NCBI GenBank assembly: GCA_934667425.1
Contig: CAKULV010000009.1
Span: 5,350 to 69,349, forward strand
Source of the DNA: an uncultured Kiritimatiellota bacterium
GTDB taxonomy: Bacteria; Verrucomicrobiota; Kiritimatiellia; RFP12; UBA1067
Reading direction: 5' to 3'
Length of the DNA: 64,000 nt
A model generated the notes under the pieces. That model ran no database searches. It worked only from the letters and a program-made list of their open reading frames with translations, and was not told the DNA's origin. Shown one piece after another: positions 61,665 to 64,000 of this stretch. The translations under genes and the position numbers were made by a program. Position 1 is the first letter of the stretch, and each line of letters opens with the position of its first letter.

Positions 61665-63332
61665 CTACGGCGCGTCCCTCCGCCAGAGGTCGGCAATGCG
61701 GGCATTGAAGAGCGGGTTCAGGAACTCCGGGTCGATCGCCTCGCGCGGCATGACGCGCCGCGTGTCGTCCTCTCCCCACGCCGCGCACCTGGCGCCGTCC
61801 GCGACCGCCGCGAAGAGCTCCCTCGCGAGCGCGAGCGACGCCGCGTCCGGCTCGTGGCCTCCCGCGTGCGGCCTCCAGAGTAGCATGCCGCCCGCCTCGC
61901 GGTAGCGGCACGCGAACGTCCGCCCGATTCCGAACCGCGCCGTGTCCCCGACCCCGCACGCGACGAGCGCTGGAGGCCCGCCGCGGGGCGGCTCCGGGAA
62001 CACGCCGCACCCCAGCGCGCCCCACGCCGCCACGGGGAACGGCGGGGAGGCCTGGATGAGCGCGGCGAGCTGCCCTCCCGCCGAGTAGCCGAACACGAAC
62101 GCCGGGAGCGGGCGCAGCGAATGCCTTTCGCGTAGCGTCCCCACCATGCGCCGCAGGGCCCCGGCGGCGCCGGCGACCGGCTCGCGGCACGCTTCCGCAG
62201 GGAACGACGGCGCGACGACGCACCAGCCCCGCCCTGCGGCCCACTCGGCGAAGCCCAGTTCGCGCAGCGACCTGCGCCCGTCCCACCCCCTCCCTCCGAG
62301 CAGGACGAGGATTCGCGAGTCGGCGCGGACGCCCTCCGGAACGGCGAACACGGCCTCCACGCCGCACACCGTCCCGGACGTCACGCGGGCGGCGGCCACA
62401 GGCGCTCCGGCGCGGAGGCCGGGGACGCCCCACGCGGCGGCGACCTCCTCCGAGGGCAGCTCCACGCGGTCCTCCGGCATCACGCCGGCCGCCTCAGGCG
62501 ATCCGGACGGGTAGTACGCGCCGTCCGCGTCGTCCCCCACGAACGCCGCGACGGAGGGCGGCGGGGCGGCGCCGCCGCCCAGGTCCTCCGGGTGCGCCCA
62601 GTGGTGGTGCGCGAGGAACGCCTTCGCGAGGCGCACAGACCCTTCCGGGACGTCGTGCGGGCGGTTCGGGAACGACCTCCACACCACGGGGACGCCCGCC
62701 CTGCGGCACGAGTCCGCGAAGCGGCGGCCTATCACGTACCTCGCCGTGTCCGCGTCGCCGCAGGTGACGAGCGCCGCGACGCCGCGCATCCTCGCGGACG
62801 GCGCGTGGAACACGCCGCAGGCGTGGCTCGTGTACGCCCGGCAGAGGTCGGGCCTCCACGCGGGGAACAGGTTCGACGCCTGGCTCCCGGCGGAGTAGCC
62901 GTAGAGTAGGAGGCCCTTGGTGGAGACGCGGAACCTGGCGGCGATGGCGTCGAGCGCGTCGATGAGAGCGCGTCCCGACCACTGCTTCGGGTCCCAGTAG
63001 GCGTCGTCCCTGAGCGTGGGGGCGACGAGGAACACGCCGTTCAGGTCAGCCCACGAGTCCCAGCCGAGCTTGCCGGAGACCTCCGGGCGGCCGTCGCAGT
63101 TGCGTCCGCCGAAGAGGACGAGTACGCGCCACCGCCCGCGACGGGCGGGGGAGTAGCCCTGCGGGACGCGGTACCAGACCTTCACGAGGGGGTTCTTCGG
63201 CGCGCGAGTCGCGACCTCCACGCATCCTATCTCAGGCCCCGTGGGGGCGGGGCCGTCCGCGAGGGCCGGGGCGGGCCACGCCAGCGGCAGGGCCAGGAGC
63301 GCGATGGCGGGGGCTGTCAGCCGTCCACGCAC
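61665..63332 (-). CDS. Secreted tandem-duplicated alpha/beta-hydrolase (esterase/PHB-depolymerase-family-like)
   Basis: Two homologous halves, each with a GYSAG nucleophile elbow (LLLYGYSAGSQ; FVFGYSAGGQ), a CGxxDT Asp and a His (RPHDV; GGHEP). Signal peptide TAPAIALLALPLAWPAPALA. I propose a GTG start at 63330-63332. The 753-aa track ORF has an Arg-rich N-terminal extension that overlaps the upstream gene. GC3 is near 100%. Confidence 0.75.
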   Translation of the reverse strand: MRGRLTAPAIALLALPLAWPAPALADGPAPTGPEIGCVEVATRAPKNPLVKVWYRVPQGYSPARRGRWRVLVLFGGRNCDGRPEVSGKLGWDSWADLNGVFLVAPTLRDDAYWDPKQWSGRALIDALDAIAARFRVSTKGLLLYGYSAGSQASNLFPAWRPDLCRAYTSHACGVFHAPSARMRGVAALVTCGDADTARYVIGRRFADSCRRAGVPVVWRSFPNRPHDVPEGSVRLAKAFLAHHHWAHPEDLGGGAAPPPSVAAFVGDDADGAYYPSGSPEAAGVMPEDRVELPSEEVAAAWGVPGLRAGAPVAAARVTSGTVCGVEAVFAVPEGVRADSRILVLLGGRGWDGRRSLRELGFAEWAAGRGWCVVAPSFPAEACREPVAGAAGALRRMVGTLRERHSLRPLPAFVFGYSAGGQLAALIQASPPFPVAAWGALGCGVFPEPPRGGPPALVACGVGDTARFGIGRTFACRYREAGGMLLWRPHAGGHEPDAASLALARELFAAVADGARCAAWGEDDTRRVMPREAIDPEFLNPLFNARIADLWRRDAP

Positions 63333-64000
63333 GCGACGGGGATGCCTTTCGGGACGAGGTATGCCCACTCGCGGCAGCTGCCGAAGAGCAGGACGCGGCG
63401 GACGGGATGGAGATCGAGGCCGCGCGGAAAGCGCGTGGCGGGGCGGACGGGGATGGCCGCATCCGCGCCGGCGCGGGCGCGGACCTCGCGGAGGCTCCAC
63501 GAGGCGTCGTACAGCGCGAGCGTCCGGGGCGCGTCGCCGGAGACGGCGTAGCCGCCCTGGACGCGCGGGGCGTCCCCCGGCGGCACGAGCGTGGCCGCGA
63601 ACACGAGCAGCCCTGAGACGGCGGCGGAGGCGAGGATGCGGCGGGATGCTCCGCGCGGGGAGGTTGAGGCGCGGAGGCCGGAGGCCACGAGCCACGCTCC
63701 GAATGCGGCGAAGAGCGCAAGCGCGAGCCATGGGAGGATCAGTCCGGGGAGGCCAGGCCGGACATGCGCCGCGAGGCCGAATAGCGCTGGCCAGTCGAAT
63801 ACCGTGGAGGTACACGCCGAGAGGGCGAGGCCCGCGAACGCGATGCCGATGCGCGGGCTGCGCCGGATGCCGCACAGGGCAAGTAGGATGGACGCGAGCC
63901 ACGCCCATCCGGCCATCCACCCGCACTCGGCGATGAGGGTGAGGTGGGAGCCGACTAGTGTGCGGATCTCCGGGATGCGGTCGGGCAGCAGGTACGCGGA
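63317..64000 (-). CDS. Membrane protein, partial (frame is open to the right edge)
   Basis: Hydrophobic segments WAWLASILLALCGI, IGIAFAGLALSAC, LILPWLALALFAAFGAWLVASGL and ILASAAVSGLLVFAATLV. GC3 is very high in this frame. There is no stop between 63916 and 64000. Confidence 0.6.
   Translation of the reverse strand, partial: SAYLLPDRIPEIRTLVGSHLTLIAECGWMAGWAWLASILLALCGIRRSPRIGIAFAGLALSACTSTVFDWPALFGLAAHVRPGLPGLILPWLALALFAAFGAWLVASGLRASTSPRGASRRILASAAVSGLLVFAATLVPPGDAPRVQGGYAVSGDAPRTLALYDASWSLREVRARAGADAAIPVRPATRFPRGLDLHPVRRVLLFGSCREWAYLVPKGIPVACVDG

Noticed and set aside
63333-63926. N-terminal ~200 aa of the 753-aa ORF 61665..63926
   Set aside because: This stretch is Arg/Pro-rich with no hydrolase similarity. 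It overlaps a better membrane-protein ORF in another frame that has consistent high GC3. A signal peptide begins right after the GTG at 63332.
61549-63936. Other long ORFs inside the high-GC block (61549..62433 -, 62494..62982 -, 63232..63720 -, 63241..63936 +, 62146..62514 +)
   Set aside because: At about 78% GC all six frames stay open. These products are Arg/Gly/Pro polymers with no motifs.
1-64000. tRNA, rRNA, tmRNA, riboswitch, transposase, integrase, prophage or known defence-system genes
   Set aside because: I found none. Intergenic gaps are short (mostly under 100 bp), and the four long ones are occupied by the repeats and promoters described. None of the ORF products carries recombinase, nuclease-helicase or other defence-type motifs apart from the small housekeeping-type DEDDh exonuclease.

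Overview
This is a GC-rich bacterial chromosome segment. By eye it is about 58-68% GC over most of the window, with a block near 78% GC from about 61.66 kb to the right edge. About 40 genes lie on the minus strand, tightly packed with many 1-4 nt start/stop overlaps. One three-gene island (47.4-51.7 kb) is on the plus strand.

Housekeeping genes: topA (partial), a thiamine pyrophosphokinase, a DEDDh exonuclease, an NAD synthetase domain, murJ, a two-subunit class I fumarase, a MacB-type ABC pair, pyrF, a HAD phosphatase, tsaD, a Ser/Thr kinase, lepB, a tolB-like gene, lpxA, lptF/G and ruvB.

Interleaved with these are many secreted carbohydrate-active or uncharacterised proteins: a CE12-GH28 fusion, a GH78-like protein, a GH5-like protein, a 2125-aa GH28 multidomain giant, several unrecognised large secreted enzymes, a Tat-lipoprotein of the metallo-beta-lactamase (MBL) fold, and two giant proteins built from autotransporter-associated beta-strand repeats (PATR). 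This mix suggests a glycan-degrading member of the PVC superphylum (Lentisphaerota, Kiritimatiellota or Verrucomicrobiota-like), but that is inference only.

I saw no rRNA, tRNA, CRISPR-cas, transposase, integrase or recognisable defence genes, and I cannot point to a clear novel protein system.

The most unusual signals are non-coding:
- An 8-unit tandem array of hairpin repeats at 25.2-25.6 kb. A dispersed copy at 58.2 kb carries a compensatory base-pair change.
- A MITE-like inverted-repeat element built from AT-rich heptamers at 58.1-58.4 kb, plus two heptamer-repeat families in other gaps.
- A recurrent TGGTATAAT extended -10 box only 6-12 nt upstream of start codons, implying leaderless or near-leaderless mRNAs.
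- A consensus promoter with an A10/T10 spacer tract in front of a PATR gene.

Protein-level oddities:
- The GH28 giant carries LamG-like and transglutaminase-like segments.
- The plus-strand secreted trio includes an FGE-fold protein lacking the expected Cys pair.
- A stand-alone synthetase half of a two-domain-type NadE.
- A tandemly duplicated esterase inside the GC-shifted block.
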